NCBI RefSeq assembly: GCF_044704955.1
Contig: NC_091995.1
Location: 63,798,001-63,862,000, forward strand
DNA from: Pristiophorus japonicus
Lineage: Eukaryota
DNA length: 64,000 bases
Direction: 5' to 3'
The notes under the pieces are model-generated. The model did not search any database. It saw only the letters and a program-made list of their open reading frames with translations, and had not been told where the DNA came from. Within the stretch, counting starts at the first letter, position 1, and every line of letters starts with the position of its first letter. This document shows, piece after piece, positions 11,748 to 24,249 of this stretch. A program made the translations under genes and the position numbers.

Positions 11748-12135
11748 AAGATGGCGCATGTGGCGATTCAAAAATCACTCTTCGCCCACCGTCACTGGAA
11801 CAGGTCTTATTGGAGGCGACGGTGACCTTAACCTGCGTCGTGTCTGACGCTCCTTATGGACTCACCGTGTCCTGGACCCGAGAAAAGGAGGCTTTGAAAT
11901 CAGAGATTACCGTCCAACCCAGACAGAATCCCAACAGCGTGATCAGCAACTTAAACATCTCAACACAAGACTGGCTGAGTGGGGATAAGTTCTACTGCGT
12001 GGTGATCCATCAGGATATGCCGACTCCTATCAAACATCTCAACACAAGACTGGCTGAGTGGGGATAAGTTCTACTGCGTGGTGAGCCATCAGGATATGCC
12101 GACTCCTATCAGAGATTCCATCCACAAGAAAAAGG
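11748..12135 (+). pseudogene. IGHM: IgM CH3 exon frameshifted by a 79-bp tandem duplication
   Basis: [34 protein letters not shown]...[20 protein letters not shown]. 11953-12031 is repeated at 12032-12110, giving a stop at 12065-12067. The normal GTGAG donor is at 12136. Confidence 0.93.
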
Positions 12136-12579
12136 GTGAGCGGGGAGATTGTAACAACACTCTGACTATATCCGGTACATGTGCAAGGGCCATTTCATTA
12201 CATAAAGTGTTTAATGTGCTACTCTGATCATTCAGGTTGGTAATTTCACGAAGTCAGCACTCTGGGACCTGTTTATGCATTTAAGGGGAAGCTGGATAAG
12301 TCCATGAGCGACTAAGGAATAGAAAGGGATGTTATTAGGATTAGATGAAGTGAGTCAGGAGGAGGCTTGTGTGGAGCATAAACTATGGCATAGACCAGTT
12401 GGCCAAATCTCCTCGTTCTCTGCAGTACATTCTATGTAATTTTCCAGTTCAACCCTTCAAGATTTCAGAGAGAAAGATTATATTCCCTCTACTGCGGGAT
12501 GGAAAACCAGAGATGCTTAAAAGAGAAAAAGGAAAAGTGTTAAAATTCAACGCATTTCTCTCACATGTAACCACCGAAA

Positions 12580-12985
12580 ATTAGCTGAATTTAAATGGGT
12601 TAGGCGAGTTGGGGGCGGGGGGCTCATAGGCCACCCGGGAGAACGGGAGGACTGGAAGCCGAGTGAGGAGGTCTCGGATCGCGGGGGTGTGGGTTAGGCA
12701 GGGATCCTGGATGCAGGATTTAGGAGTAATGCCAATTACCACCTGGGTGCAGTACTCCCCGCCTCGCTATAACTGCAGAGATTTACACAGTGTGTCAAAC
12801 CACACCAGCGACAGTTAAACATCAAATGGAAGTTAAAGTAGAGGATTCCAGCCTCATTTAAATATATTATTCAAATATAATATTACACCCGGAAGTGGGC
12901 ATGATGAGGTCGAGATTCCGATTTTTCCAATTTAACCACGCCCTCGCCCCCAACCCGCCCGCTTTATTGGGTTAAAATTCTCCCA
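12580..12985. mobile_element. Probable MITE-like GC-rich short element
   Basis: GC-rich block in an AT-rich intron with loosely complementary ends (GAATTTAA..GGGGGCGGG / CCCGCCC..GGGTTAAAATTC). Confidence 0.4.
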
Positions 12986-13036
12986 TTGTCTCTGGAACAG
13001 TCCAGTTCATTGGCCTTTGTTGTAACTGTTCTACAG

Positions 13037-13424
13037 CGAAACATCCATGGGAACCGGCCGTGTCTGTCCTCCTACTCTCGGCAGAAGAAGTCTCCGCTCA
13101 GAGCTTGGTCAGCCTCACCTGCTTAGTGGGAGGTTTCTCTCACCGAGACATCTTCATCAAGTGGACCGTCAATGGCAAGCCGGTTGAATCCCACAACTAC
13201 AAGAACACCGAGGCGATGGCGGAGATCGGCAGCAGATCCTTCTTCATATACAGCCTGCTAGCCATTGCAGCCAAGGAGTGGGCCAGCGGCGCTTCCTACT
13301 CCTGTGTGGTCGGGCATGAAGCAATCCCCTTAAAGATCATCAACAGAACCGTCAATAAATCCAGCGGTAAACCAGTTTTGACAACATTTCGCTTGTTCTG
13401 ATAGACACCGTCAATTCATGTTAA
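13037..13424 (+). pseudogene. IGHM: IgM CH4 exon plus secretory tailpiece (tail frameshifted)
   Basis: [30 protein letters not shown]...WTVNG...[32 protein letters not shown]; internal membrane-form donor G|GTAAA at 13367. Restoring 1 nt after CCA (13374) gives [16 protein letters not shown]. Confidence 0.93.
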
Positions 13425-13464
13425 TAAGAATTTTCGATTGCTTTTCAGTTCTTAAATCAAAATC

Positions 13465-13470
13465 AATAAA
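13465..13470 (+). terminator. Secretory-form polyadenylation signal
   Basis: AATAAA ~40 nt after the tailpiece stop. Confidence 0.7.
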
Positions 13471-13829
13471 AGGCTTTTCTTCCAATCGTGAGTGAAACAA
13501 ACAGCCGCTCAATTAATTGTGTTTCACATTTTTCCCAGTGTGAGGGCTGTTTATCTGAAGTAGGGTGTTTGCGGATCTCGGGCTCAAGCCTTATACAGCC
13601 AGCACTCCCAGTTCAGATACACCATGGGTTACGGACAGGGTGAAGCTCTCTCATTGCAGTATTCATGAAAGTAACTTCAGCAAATGTCCTCTCTTTTCCA
13701 TAATCGCAGCACATATAGATCTCCGAGTCCCTATTTATCGGCTTTTCCATCCCGAATTCAGAATTGAAGTCAGTTTGATATTGCCGCATAGCAGCCACTG
13801 GCAACTGAAGTGAGGGCCGCACACGGACT

Positions 13830-15360
13830 ATACCCTACTCCCCGCCACAGAGAGGTGAAAGAATAATTGTTAACCGACTTTAGTCCCACTCCCCCGCCAG
13901 AGAGAGATGAAAAGATAATTGTTAACCCAAGCTAGTTCTACTTCCCATCCAGCGAGAGCTGAAAGTGTAATTGGTAGTCCACTTTAGTCCCACTTCCCAT
14001 CCAGCGAGAGCTGAAAGTGTAATTTATAGTCCAATTTAGTTCCACTTCCCATCCAGCGAGAGCTGAAAGTGTAATTGGTAGTCCACTTTAGTCCCAATTC
14101 CCAACCAGAGAGAGGGGAAATGGTAATTGTTAACCAACTTTCGACCCAATCCCCCGCCAGAGAGAGATGAAAGTGTAATTGTTAACCGACTTTAGTCCCA
14201 CTCCCCCTAGAGAGAGGTGAAAGTGTAATTGTTAAGCGACTTTAAACCCACTCTTCCAGTAGAGAGAGTGGAAAGGGCAATTGCTAATGCAATTTAGAAG
14301 CACACCCCCCAGAGAGAGGTGAAAGCATAATTGTTAATCCAATTTAGTCCCACTTCCCATCCACAGAGAGGGGAAAGGGTAATTTTTAAGCGACTTTAAT
14401 CCCAATCTTCCAGTAGAGAGAGGTGAAAGGGTAATTGCTAAACGACTTTAGTCCCATTTCCCCGCCACAGAGAGGTGAAAGGGTAATTGTTAACCTACTT
14501 TATTGCCAACCCCTCCCCCCAAGAGAGAGGTGAAAGGGTAATAGTTAATCAAATATGGTCCCACTCCCCCCACCACAGAGAGGTGAAAGGGTAATAGTTT
14601 ACTAACATTAGTCCCACTCCCCCACCACACAGAGGGGAAAGGGTAATTGTTAACCTACTTTAGTCCCACTCCCCCCGAGAGAGGGGAAAGGGTAATTGTA
14701 AACATAATTTAGTCCCATTCCCCCCAGCAGAGAGAGATTAAAGGGTAATTATTAATTCTCTGTACCTACACAATCCCCAGCAGGGAGAGAGTAAAGGTTA
14801 AATATTAACTCACTGTAATTCCCCACTCCCTCAGCAGAGAGAGAGCAAATGTTAATTATTAATTCACTATGCCTCTCCACTCCCCCAGCAGAGAGAGAGG
14901 AAAGGGTAATTATTAACTCACTCTACCTCCCCACTCCCCCAGTAGGGAGAGAGTAAAGGTTAATTATTAACTCACTTTACCTCCCAACTCCCCCAGCAGG
15001 GTGAGATAAAGGTTAATTATTAACTCACTGTACACCCCCCCCCCACCACTTCCCCAGCAGAGAGAGTGTAAAGGGTAATAATTAACCCACTGTACCTCCC
15101 CATTCCCCCAGCAGGGAGAGTAAAGGATAATTATTAACTCACTGCACCTCCACACTCCCCCAGCTGTGAGTGAATAAAGGGTAATTATTAACTCACTGTA
15201 CCTCCCCACTCCCCCAGCTGGGAGTGAATAAAGGGTAATTATTAACTCACTGTACCTCCCCACTCCCCCAGCTGGGAGTGAATAAAGGGTAATTATTAAC
15301 TCACTGTACCTCCCCACTCCCCCAGCAGTGAGAGTGTAAAGGATAATTATAAACTCATTA
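13830..15360 (+). repeat. C-rich minisatellite, 52-bp units grading into 54-bp units
   Basis: CCACTCCCCC..AGAGAGAGGTGAAAGGGTAATTGTTAA units. The 18-aa repeat in ORF 14967-15317(-) gives the 54-bp period. Confidence 0.9.
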
Positions 15361-15759
15361 TACCTCTCTCACCCACCAGCGAGAGGGGAAAGGGCAATGT
15401 GTAAACAATGTAACCCCCACTTGCCCTCCCGCAGGTAGATTGGAAGTGAGCCACTCACTTGTATGGACTAAGTTGCCATCAGTACAATGTTAGATTCTAA
15501 ACAATGGACTGAAGATTTTTAACTTGCCACATGAGTATTATATTCTGAAATAACTAGTTATTCCATGTAATATTTTTAAATAGGGTTGGGGTGAAACTGC
15601 CACAGTTAACTGTAAACTAACATATTGAATTCTAATGGGCCATATCTAAACTGGTGATTGAATCCTCTGTGGGATTCTTACAGTTGTGTCACTGACGTTT
15701 CTGAGGCCCATGGGTTGAATTGTTGCATTCCTTCAGCTGATGTCACATTGCGCCTCACA

Positions 15760-16530
15760 AAGAACACATTTACACAGAGCAGGGAGAATAAATGTGAAAG
15801 TGATTTTGTGTGTGTTCACATGTAAGTGTATCGATGATTTTGTGTAAGTGTGTGTGTTTTTCTGTATGTGCACAATTACACATAAACACACATAGACTGA
15901 CAGAAAAAAAGACACATATTAACACTCTGACACATAATATTACACATAACCAGAATATAATGAAAACCATCATTGTCAAATCCAGTTATTGTTACACTCT
16001 GAAACTTTGAACAATTACAGTAATACACATCAATCCAAACACACACTTAAACAAAACACACTTACACACACAAAAACACAGACATTAATCCACACATAAA
16101 CTTACACAAAACACACTTACACACATTTACACACACATAAACACACACATAAACACACACATGAATATACATACACACAAGGATACACATACAATTACAC
16201 ATAAGCACACATATGAACACACTTGCACACGAACATTCACACACACACAAACATACACACACACACCAACACACAAACCCTTACACGTGAACATGCTTAC
16301 ACATAAACGTACAGGCACTCACCTGCACCAAATTGCACACTCACAATTACAGATAAACACACGTACTCTTACACAAAACACACACAAAGACTTACATACA
16401 CATACACAATCTCATAAATGCACACGCGCACAAACTGACACATCAATACACACATTTACACATAAACACACGCACACAGACAAAAACACACACACACTTA
16501 GATAAAACCACATATCAACACCCTGACAGG
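15760..16530 (+). repeat. Degenerate (CA)n/(TG)n low-complexity tract
   Basis: ACAC-rich sequence producing spurious His/Thr and Cys/Val ORFs. Confidence 0.9.
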
Positions 16531-17236
16531 GACACACCAACAGGGACTAATCCAGAACAAGAGACAGTCATACATTCACATTAACACTAAAGAGCACAAA
16601 CAAAAGCGTCAGGCTATAGACGAATGTAGAATAAAAATGCAGTTTTTGGATGGACAAAGTATCCAACGCTTCGCCTGAATAAATAATTCCTGATAGCATA
16701 ATATCTCACATTTCACTATTCTGCCCTTATACATACACTGGGTCAATGTAGTTGTTGCAAACTGTTACAAGTTAATTATGGTCAGAACATTGTCATAGCA
16801 AACAAATAAACAAGGTTATAACTCACAACTGATCTCTTACATAGCCCCTTTGACAGGCTCCAAATATGTAACTACCTTAACCTACCGGTAAAATAATCGA
16901 TATCCAGCTGTAAACCTTCCTCGATATTTCATCATATTATTCCAGAATGATAGATCGTGGCAAAGTCATCCAAAATCAATTCGCATCTGACCTTGTAGAC
17001 AAACTATTATATTTTCGAAAACGGACTATAGGAGTATCATAAAGCAAGAGCGTCTGTGGAGTGAGGAACAGAGAGAGATTGTGGAGAGTGATTACCTTAA
17101 CACAAGATATACATTGAAAATTAAATTAGAGAAGAAACTAATACATTAAGGGAAAGAAAAGTGAATATAAAATAATAGTATGATACCCGGGATCAATAAA
17201 CGATCTGAATATATTTCCTTCTCTCGATCCCCGTAG

Positions 17237-17363
17237 ATTCCTCAGACCACATCTGGAATGAAGACGATGAGGGCGACAGTGGCAACATCTGGACAACCGC
17301 TTCCACATTCATCATCTGTTCTTGCTGAACATTTCCTCCAGCGCTGCCGTCACTCTGGTGAAG
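17237..17363 (+). pseudogene. IGHM: IgM TM1 exon with a 1-nt deletion
   Basis: DSSDHIWNEDDEGDSGNIWTTASTFII, then frameshift at ~17316; the other frame gives FLLNISSSAAVTLVK. 127 nt versus 128 nt in the paralog at 45080-45207. AG/GT boundaries intact. Confidence 0.92.
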
Positions 17364-17503
17364 GTGGGAAGATTCAAGCGGCTGACATGTCTATCTGACT
17401 GAAGCGGTTTGACCAATCTCTGGAAGTTTTATTGATTAAAACACTGAAATAAATGCCCCCGACCACTAAAACTCCGCTTCATTCTTTTATTCCTCTTTTA
17501 CAG

Positions 17504-17512
17504 CTCAAGTGA
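17504..17512 (+). CDS. IGHM: IgM TM2 exon coding part (LK*)
   Basis: Polypyrimidine tract + CAG|CTC AAG TGA; AATAAA at 17566 and 17614. Confidence 0.8.
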   Translation, partial: LK

Positions 17513-17859
17513 TGGTCTGAATTTCGGCCGCTCCGGATTTTCCTCATCTGTGTATCATCTTTAAAAATAAATTATATCCTCCTGGTGATTATCAGAGTAA
17601 AATGCCTTCAGTTAATAAATCCGAATTGGTAGCTGAGAAATATATAACCGGGATTTCCGTCTTTCTGCTTGAAATGTGTGTGATAATTGTGGCTGTAATA
17701 TAAATGTATCTCAGAGTTTCAACGTGCATTGGTATATTTCATGTGTAAATATGTAACTTTTCACACTCTTATTCACAATTGTTCCCTTCACATTATGCTG
17801 CGCCCCTGTTCTCTCTCACTGGTATCTGTCACAGCTGTACAGATAGCTGGCAGCCCCGA

Positions 17860-20800
17860 CATAAGAACATAAGACATAGGAGCAGGAGTAGACCTTATGG
17901 ACACTCGAGTCTGCTCGGCCATTCAATACGATCAGGGCTGATCATCATCCTCAACTCCACTTTCCCGCCTGATACACATATCCCTTGGTTCCCCTAGATT
18001 TCAAAAATCTGTCTATTTGAGCCTTAACTATATCCAGAGACTCAGCATCCACAGCCTTCTGGGGTGCAGAATTGCAAAGGTTCACAACTATTGTGTATGC
18101 ATGCCTGTTTACTGTGTGATGTATGTAACACAGTTATGCAACACTGAATGTACCCTTGCACTCTAGATGCTGGTTTAACTAATGTGACTAATGATATGAA
18201 TGCAGGTGTCAGTAAGGTTAAGAACAAGTTTATTATGCTTAACATTATTGATAGAGATTGTGAAATGCCGAAGGTAACCATGTCTGTTGAAACCAGGACA
18301 CCCAAAAGTGATGCAAATGCTAGAATGTATAATGCAGGCTCGACTATATATGATCAGAGCCAAGGTGTCATGTATACTGGTAGGACACTGCCAAAGGACA
18401 TTGGGTCCGACAGGGACCATGCCAATGGAATCCCCCTGTGAGAGACCTCCAGTTCCAGCAGGCTACCTAACCATGTAGCCTGGACCTTTGGAACGAATGT
18501 GATGCCCCTGGCAGGACACACACACAGGCAGTGGGAGGAGACCCACTACAGGGACAGTGGTCACTGGGCAGCCCAGCCACCACCAATGGCAACCTGCACC
18601 AGATCAGCCCTACAGCCCCTGGCCAACAGGTCGAACAACAGGAGCATGAGGACAATACCCTCCAGCTTCCCTGGCAAACCCTGGGATGCCTGGCCCTCAT
18701 CCCAGTTGGTGGACAAGGAGCCCACCCTGTCTTGTGGCCCTGCCCACCACCGCACAACTACACACATCACAGCGTATACAAACCACCCACTATAGCCGTG
18801 GCTACCTCCTCGAGGGATCCCACAACAGTGACACCCGCTTGGTTTGTGTGTGAGGGAGGGGAAACGTATGAGGCCAGCCTCAAGCACAGGCGTCACACCT
18901 GGCAACCACACAACCCTCACCACAGCCTCCCATAGCGCACCACTGACCACCTCCCCTCGTCATGACAATAAGGATATGAAAAATGCTCAGGGGGGAGTAT
19001 TGTTGTGTATGCATGCCTGTTTACTTTGTGATGTGTGTAACACTGTTATGCAACACTGAATGTACCCTTACACTGTACACACATTGCCTATACACCAGAG
19101 GGTGCTGCTGCTGGAGGCCTAAGGGTTGCCTGCACACGGCAGTTAACCCACTATGAAAGGGAACTCACAGCTTGTTGTCATCACTCAGGACCTGCAAATA
19201 AAGGACTACAGGTCAGCACAGTTTAATTATCATTCCCTGCCTCGTGGAGTCATTACTAAAGGTGCACACAAAAACTACAACTGGCGATGGGAATACGAGG
19301 TCACGAACTATATGCTCAACATGTCTAACCTCAGCAACTTTCAGCAATTTACAGAGGGGGGAAGATTGGGACGCTTTTGTGCATAGATTGGAACACTTCT
19401 TGATCGCCAACGACCTGGACGGGGCACACCGGCTACACTACCGAACAAACGCAGGGCCATCCTGCATAGCAATTGCATGCGCACCATCTACGGTCTCGTC
19501 AGGGACTTACTAGCCCCGGAGAAGACAACCACCAAGAGCTATGAGTAACTTGTAACAATCATACAGGAACAACTAAAACCGAAATAAAGCATCCTCACAG
19601 TCAGGCACCGTTCCACACTTACCAGCAACCTGAGGGCCTAGCAATTGCCAAGTACGCTTCACACTTAAAAAGACTAGCTGCACCATGTGATTTTGGCGAC
19701 CACCTTAATGAAGCACTAAGGGGCATATTTTTCATCGGAATCGACCACGAAGGCCTCCTACAGAAATTGCTCTCGGCTGACATCACGGTCACCCTGCAGA
19801 AAGCATTTCAAGTGAGCCAGGCCTACATGGTTTTGGCCAGCGACTCCAGGCGAATACTGACCCAGGACTGTAAACCGGCGAGTGCAGTGCATCACATGGA
19901 TACTTCTAAAGGCAGAAATGCTGCCCTGCGTCCCGCAACCCTGAGTCCGCCACATGGGGCAAACCGGATAGGCCCGTGCTGGCGCTGTGGAGGAAGCCAC
20001 AGGGCCCATCAGTGGCAGTACAAAGATTATGCATGCAAAGGCTGCAAAGGGAAAGTGCACCTTCAGAGAATGTGCAGAAAAGGCTGTACTCACCGCGTCT
20101 GTGATCAGTTGGCTGATCACCGAGGCTCTGACACAGACGAAGATGAAGCTGCTCAAACCCCTGGAAGAGTATGGAATCTTTACCTGCTCCACCAGAAGTT
20201 CTCGGTGGATGATGGAAGTGGACATTGATGGGGTCCCAGTCTCCATAGAGATCGACACAGGGACGAGCCAATCTGTGATGAGCCAAATGATCTTGGAAAA
20301 AATTTGGATGAATCCCTCCACTCGACCAAATCTGTCTCCTGTCTCGGCAAAGCTGCTCACCGACAGCAAAGGTAAAATCCAAATCGTTGGCAGTGTAGAC
20401 GTCCAGGTCTCTCAGGGCGGCATGTTGAAGAAACTCACCCTGTGGATCGTAGCCAGCGACGGTCCCACGCTGCTGGGCAGGAATTGGTTGAACCGGTTCA
20501 CATGAGGCGAAGTGGCCCTGTGGAAGAAAAGACCACCAGAGCCATCCTGCAGGAAAGCCAGGAAATGGCTGCAGCACCAGCAGCACAAGGAAAAACACTT
20601 ATAATCAAAATGGCCGCCGCCATGCCACCAGTGAGCATGGAGGAGCATCACATGACAGCGAGCGGCCAATCGGATTTGAAGGCTCCCTTAAAGGAGACCG
20701 GTATCCAAAGAAATGTAAAGGGGAAGTTTCAACGGTTTGAGTCCACGGACTTTAAAACTAAAGATGCGATTAAAGGGTGCAAGTATGAAAATGTATGCAA

Positions 20801-22125
20801 TGTAACAATGAATTGTGATGCTGGTTTAACTAATGTGACTAATGATATGAATGCAGATGTCAGTAAGTTTAAAAACAAGTTTATTATGCTTAACAGTGAT
20901 GACAGAGATTATGAAATGCCCAATGTAACCATGCCTGTTGAAACCAGGACACCCAAAAGTGATGCAAATGCTAGAATGTATAATGCAGGCTCAACTATGT
21001 GTGATCAGAGCCAAGGTATCATGTATACTGGTAGGAGACTGCGAAAGGACATTGGGTCATACAGGGACCATGCGGATGCCAATGGAATCCGCCTGTGGCA
21101 GACCCCCAGTTCCAGCAGGCTACCTAACCATGTAGCCTGGACCTTTGGAACGAATGTGATGCCCCTGGCAGGACACACACACAGGCAGTGGGAGCAGACC
21201 CACTACAGGGACAGTGGTCACTGGGCAGCCCAGCCACCACTAATGGCAACCTGCACCAGACCAGCCCTACAGCCCCTGGCCAACAGGTCGAACAACAGGA
21301 GCATGAGGCCATACACTCCAGCTTCCCTGGCAAACCCTGTAATGACCTGATCCTCATCCCAGTTGGTGGACAAGGAGCCCACCCAGTCTTGTGGCCCTGC
21401 CCACCACCGCACAACTACACACATCACATCGTATACGCACTATCCACTGCTGCCGTGGTTACCTCCCCGAGTGATCCCACAACAGTGACACCCACTTGGT
21501 TTGTGTGTGAGAGAGGGGAAAAGGACGAGGCCAGCCTCAAGCACAGGCGTCACACCTGGCAACCACACAACCCTCACCACAGCCTCCCATAGCCCATGAC
21601 TGATCACCTCCCATGGTCATGACAATAAGAATATGAAACATGCTCAGCAGGAGTAATGTTGTGTGTGCATTCCTGTTTATTGTGTGATGTCTGTAACACT
21701 GAATATACCCTTAACCTGTACACACCTTGCCTGTACAGCAGAGGGTGCTGCTGCTGGAGACCTAAGGGCTGCCTGCATACGGCAGGTAACCCAGTATAAA
21801 AGGGAACTCATAGCTTGTTGTCGTCACTCAGGAGCTGCAAATAAAGGACTACAGGTCTGCACAGTTTAAGTATCATACCCTGCCTCGTGGAGTCATTACT
21901 AAAGGTGCCTACATATACTACAACAACCCTCTGAATGCAGAAATTCCTCCTCACCTCTGTCTGAAATTGCCGATGCTTTATCCTGAGAGAGTACCCTCTG
22001 GTTCGAGATTCTCCAGCAAGGGAAAACAGACCTCCAGCATTTACCCTGTCAATCCCCCTAAGAATCTTATGATGCAGTCAGATCATCTCTCATTATTCTA
22101 AACTCCAGAGAGTACAGGCCTAATC
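17860..22125 (-). mobile_element. CR1 3' fragment split by an LTR element (17860-18088 and 21923-22125)
   Basis: (CATAAGAA)n tail at ~17860. The two sides rejoin as AAAGGTTCACAAC|CCTCTGAATGCAGAAATTCCTCCTCA, homologous to the CR1 at 34820-34865. Confidence 0.85.
18089..21922 (+). mobile_element. Tandem (three-LTR) non-autonomous Gypsy-type LTR element, gag + protease only
   Basis: ACAAC TSD (18084-18088 / 21923-21927). Partial LTR 18089-~18160, LTRs 19001-19279 and 21657-21922 (TG...CA). PBS-like TGGCGATGGG at 19282, disrupted gag with CWRCGGSH knuckle, protease IDTGT, no RT/RH/IN. Confidence 0.9.
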
Positions 22126-22449
22126 CGCCAGTTTCGGTTCTCAATGTATCGCTCAGTTATATTCACTTTGTGCTAACTTTTTAAAACTACCTGCAAATTG
22201 TTTTCTGTGAAATTGTTAATAAATCTGGCATGACAAATGAAATAACTTGGACTTTGCTGTGTTCCTTTCTGCACGGCTACTCCACGCCGCTCCATTTTCC
22301 CTGTCACACTGTTTTATTTTCCTGAAAGATATTTTTTCCCCGTCCTGTCTGGATTGTGATTGAACCCAAGTCCCAATGGTGAAAGAGCCACTGCGCCACC
22401 CAGTGTCCCATCGAAATAAAGACACGTCCACCGGTGCCTTGTTACACCT

Positions 22450-22705
22450 GGGAGTCCCGAGGCCAAAACCGCCCCAAGTGGCGGAAGTGCATCGGAGAGG
22501 CCGCTGAGCACCTCGAGTCTCATCGCTGAGAGCATGAAGAAATCAAGCGGAAAGAGCATGTGGCAAACTTGTCCCACCTTCCTTACCCTCTTTGTCCAAC
22601 CTGTGACTGGGACTGTGGCTCTCGTGTTGGACTGTTCAGCCACCAAATAATTCAGTTCAGGAGTGCAACCAAGTCTTCCTCGATTCTGAGGGACTGCATA
22701 AGAAG
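22450..22705 (+). mobile_element. RTE-like LINE 3' end (also at 44530-44810 on - and 26420-26515 on +)
   Basis: C-terminal CPTCDWDCGSRVGLFSH zinc-finger-like motif typical of RTE ORF ends. Confidence 0.65.
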
Positions 22706-23479
22706 ATGTCCGGCCCCAGAGGCGGAATTACTGCCCAGCGACCAAGTACACCATGCAGTCTCCTCTAATATTATGGACTGTCACAGTCGCATGACAGGTT
22801 CTGTTAACGAGCAGGACGCTGCCGTGTACTGAGCTTGTCACAGTTCAGTACACGGCAGAGTATATCTCCCTGTACATTCTTCCACCACGCACTCCTAGGG
22901 CAGGTACAGCACAGGTTAGATACAGAGTAAAATTCCATCTACACTGTCCCATTAAACATTCCCACGGCAGGTACAGCACGGATTAGATAGAGAGAAAAAT
23001 TCCATCTACACTGTCCCATCAAACATTCCCAGGGCAGGTACATCACGGGTTAGATACAGAGTAAAGTTCCCGCTACATTGTCCCATCAAACGTTCCCAGG
23101 GCAGGGACAGCACGGGGTTAGATATAGAGTAAACCTGATTATACACTGTTCCATCAAAGACTCCCAGGGCCCGCATTCTGCCCGCATTTATTATTCAGCC
23201 TTCTCCGCCGGTGGGCTTGATGAGGGCAGGGTGAGTGATAGGCGGCAAAATCCAATTCTGATCTAATACCATTTTCGTTTTGACCAGGCCAAGTGTGCGA
23301 GTGGAGCCCTCCTCCCGGGGAAGGCACTTGTACATGATTTTTGGGTTTGGAATAGCATCTTTAAGTGACTCCCTAGTAAAAACGTTTTATACAGACCGAG
23401 GAGCAAAGTAACCACCTCCAATCCTGCTCTAATCTCAGCAACACCCATTAAACCTGACGCTCTGTCTCCTGTTTCTAGA

Positions 23480-23870
23480 TTACAGTTCTCCCTGTTCGGC
23501 TACATTCCATCTGATACTATCTCCCTGAACTCACTGATAATCACCCCAGGGATACTGTCTCCCTGCTCTGCGCCGTTCCCTGAGATACCATCTCCCTGAA
23601 GTCACTGATATTCACCCCGGGGATCCTGTCTCCCTGCTCTGGTACATTCCCTCCGATACCATCTCTCAGAACTCCATGATCATCACCCCGGGGATCCTGT
23701 CTCCCTGCTCTGCTACATTCCCTCTAATACCATCTCCCAGAACTCCCTGATCATCACCCCGGGGATCCTGTCTCCCTGCTCTGCTGCATTCCCTCTAATA
23801 CCATCTCCCTGAAGTCACTGATCATCACCCCGGGGATCCTGTCTCCCTGCTCTGCTACATTCCCTCTCTT
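23480..23870 (+). repeat. 71-bp minisatellite
   Basis: Unit CCCTGCTCTGCTACATTCCCTCTAATACCATCTCCC.GAACTC.CTGATCATCACCCCGGGGATCCTGTCT; expanded inverted paralog at 42470-43670. Confidence 0.9.
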
Positions 23871-24249
23871 GCTGCCTTGATGTCAAGGACAGTTACTTTG
23901 GGAACCCTGTCCTTCACCGTCTGAAATTTCGTTCGGAACCTCCCGATCACAGAACACCTCCCAAGGTTTCTTGCCAAACCCGAGTATCCTCCGGCATTTT
24001 CTTTCTTATGCCGCACTACTCTTCCTCTAAACCCATAGGGTCCAGGCCTGAGGCCTCCTGTAGTAGAATTGCACTTCGGGTTGACGGCAGAGAAGAATCA
24101 ATGGCTCTTCTGAAGGTGTTTGGAAGTAAGTTAGGAATGGATGGAGTTGGTGACTAAACTTTGTCTCTGCCCGATTCTATCTTCCGCCCCTCTGAGCTAG
24201 ATTGCCCTCAGCCACCATCACTGTTTCTCCCCGTCTCTGTCAAATCGTG

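Noticed and set aside
15733-16505. His/Thr- and Cys/Val-rich ORFs (also 45984-47632)
   Set aside because: Translations of (CA)n/(TG)n low-complexity DNA.
1-17620. IgW or IgNAR identity, or a functional IgM gene
   Set aside because: Four C domains, CH1/CH4/tail/TM sequences and the V type fit IgM; multiple frameshifts argue against a normal product.
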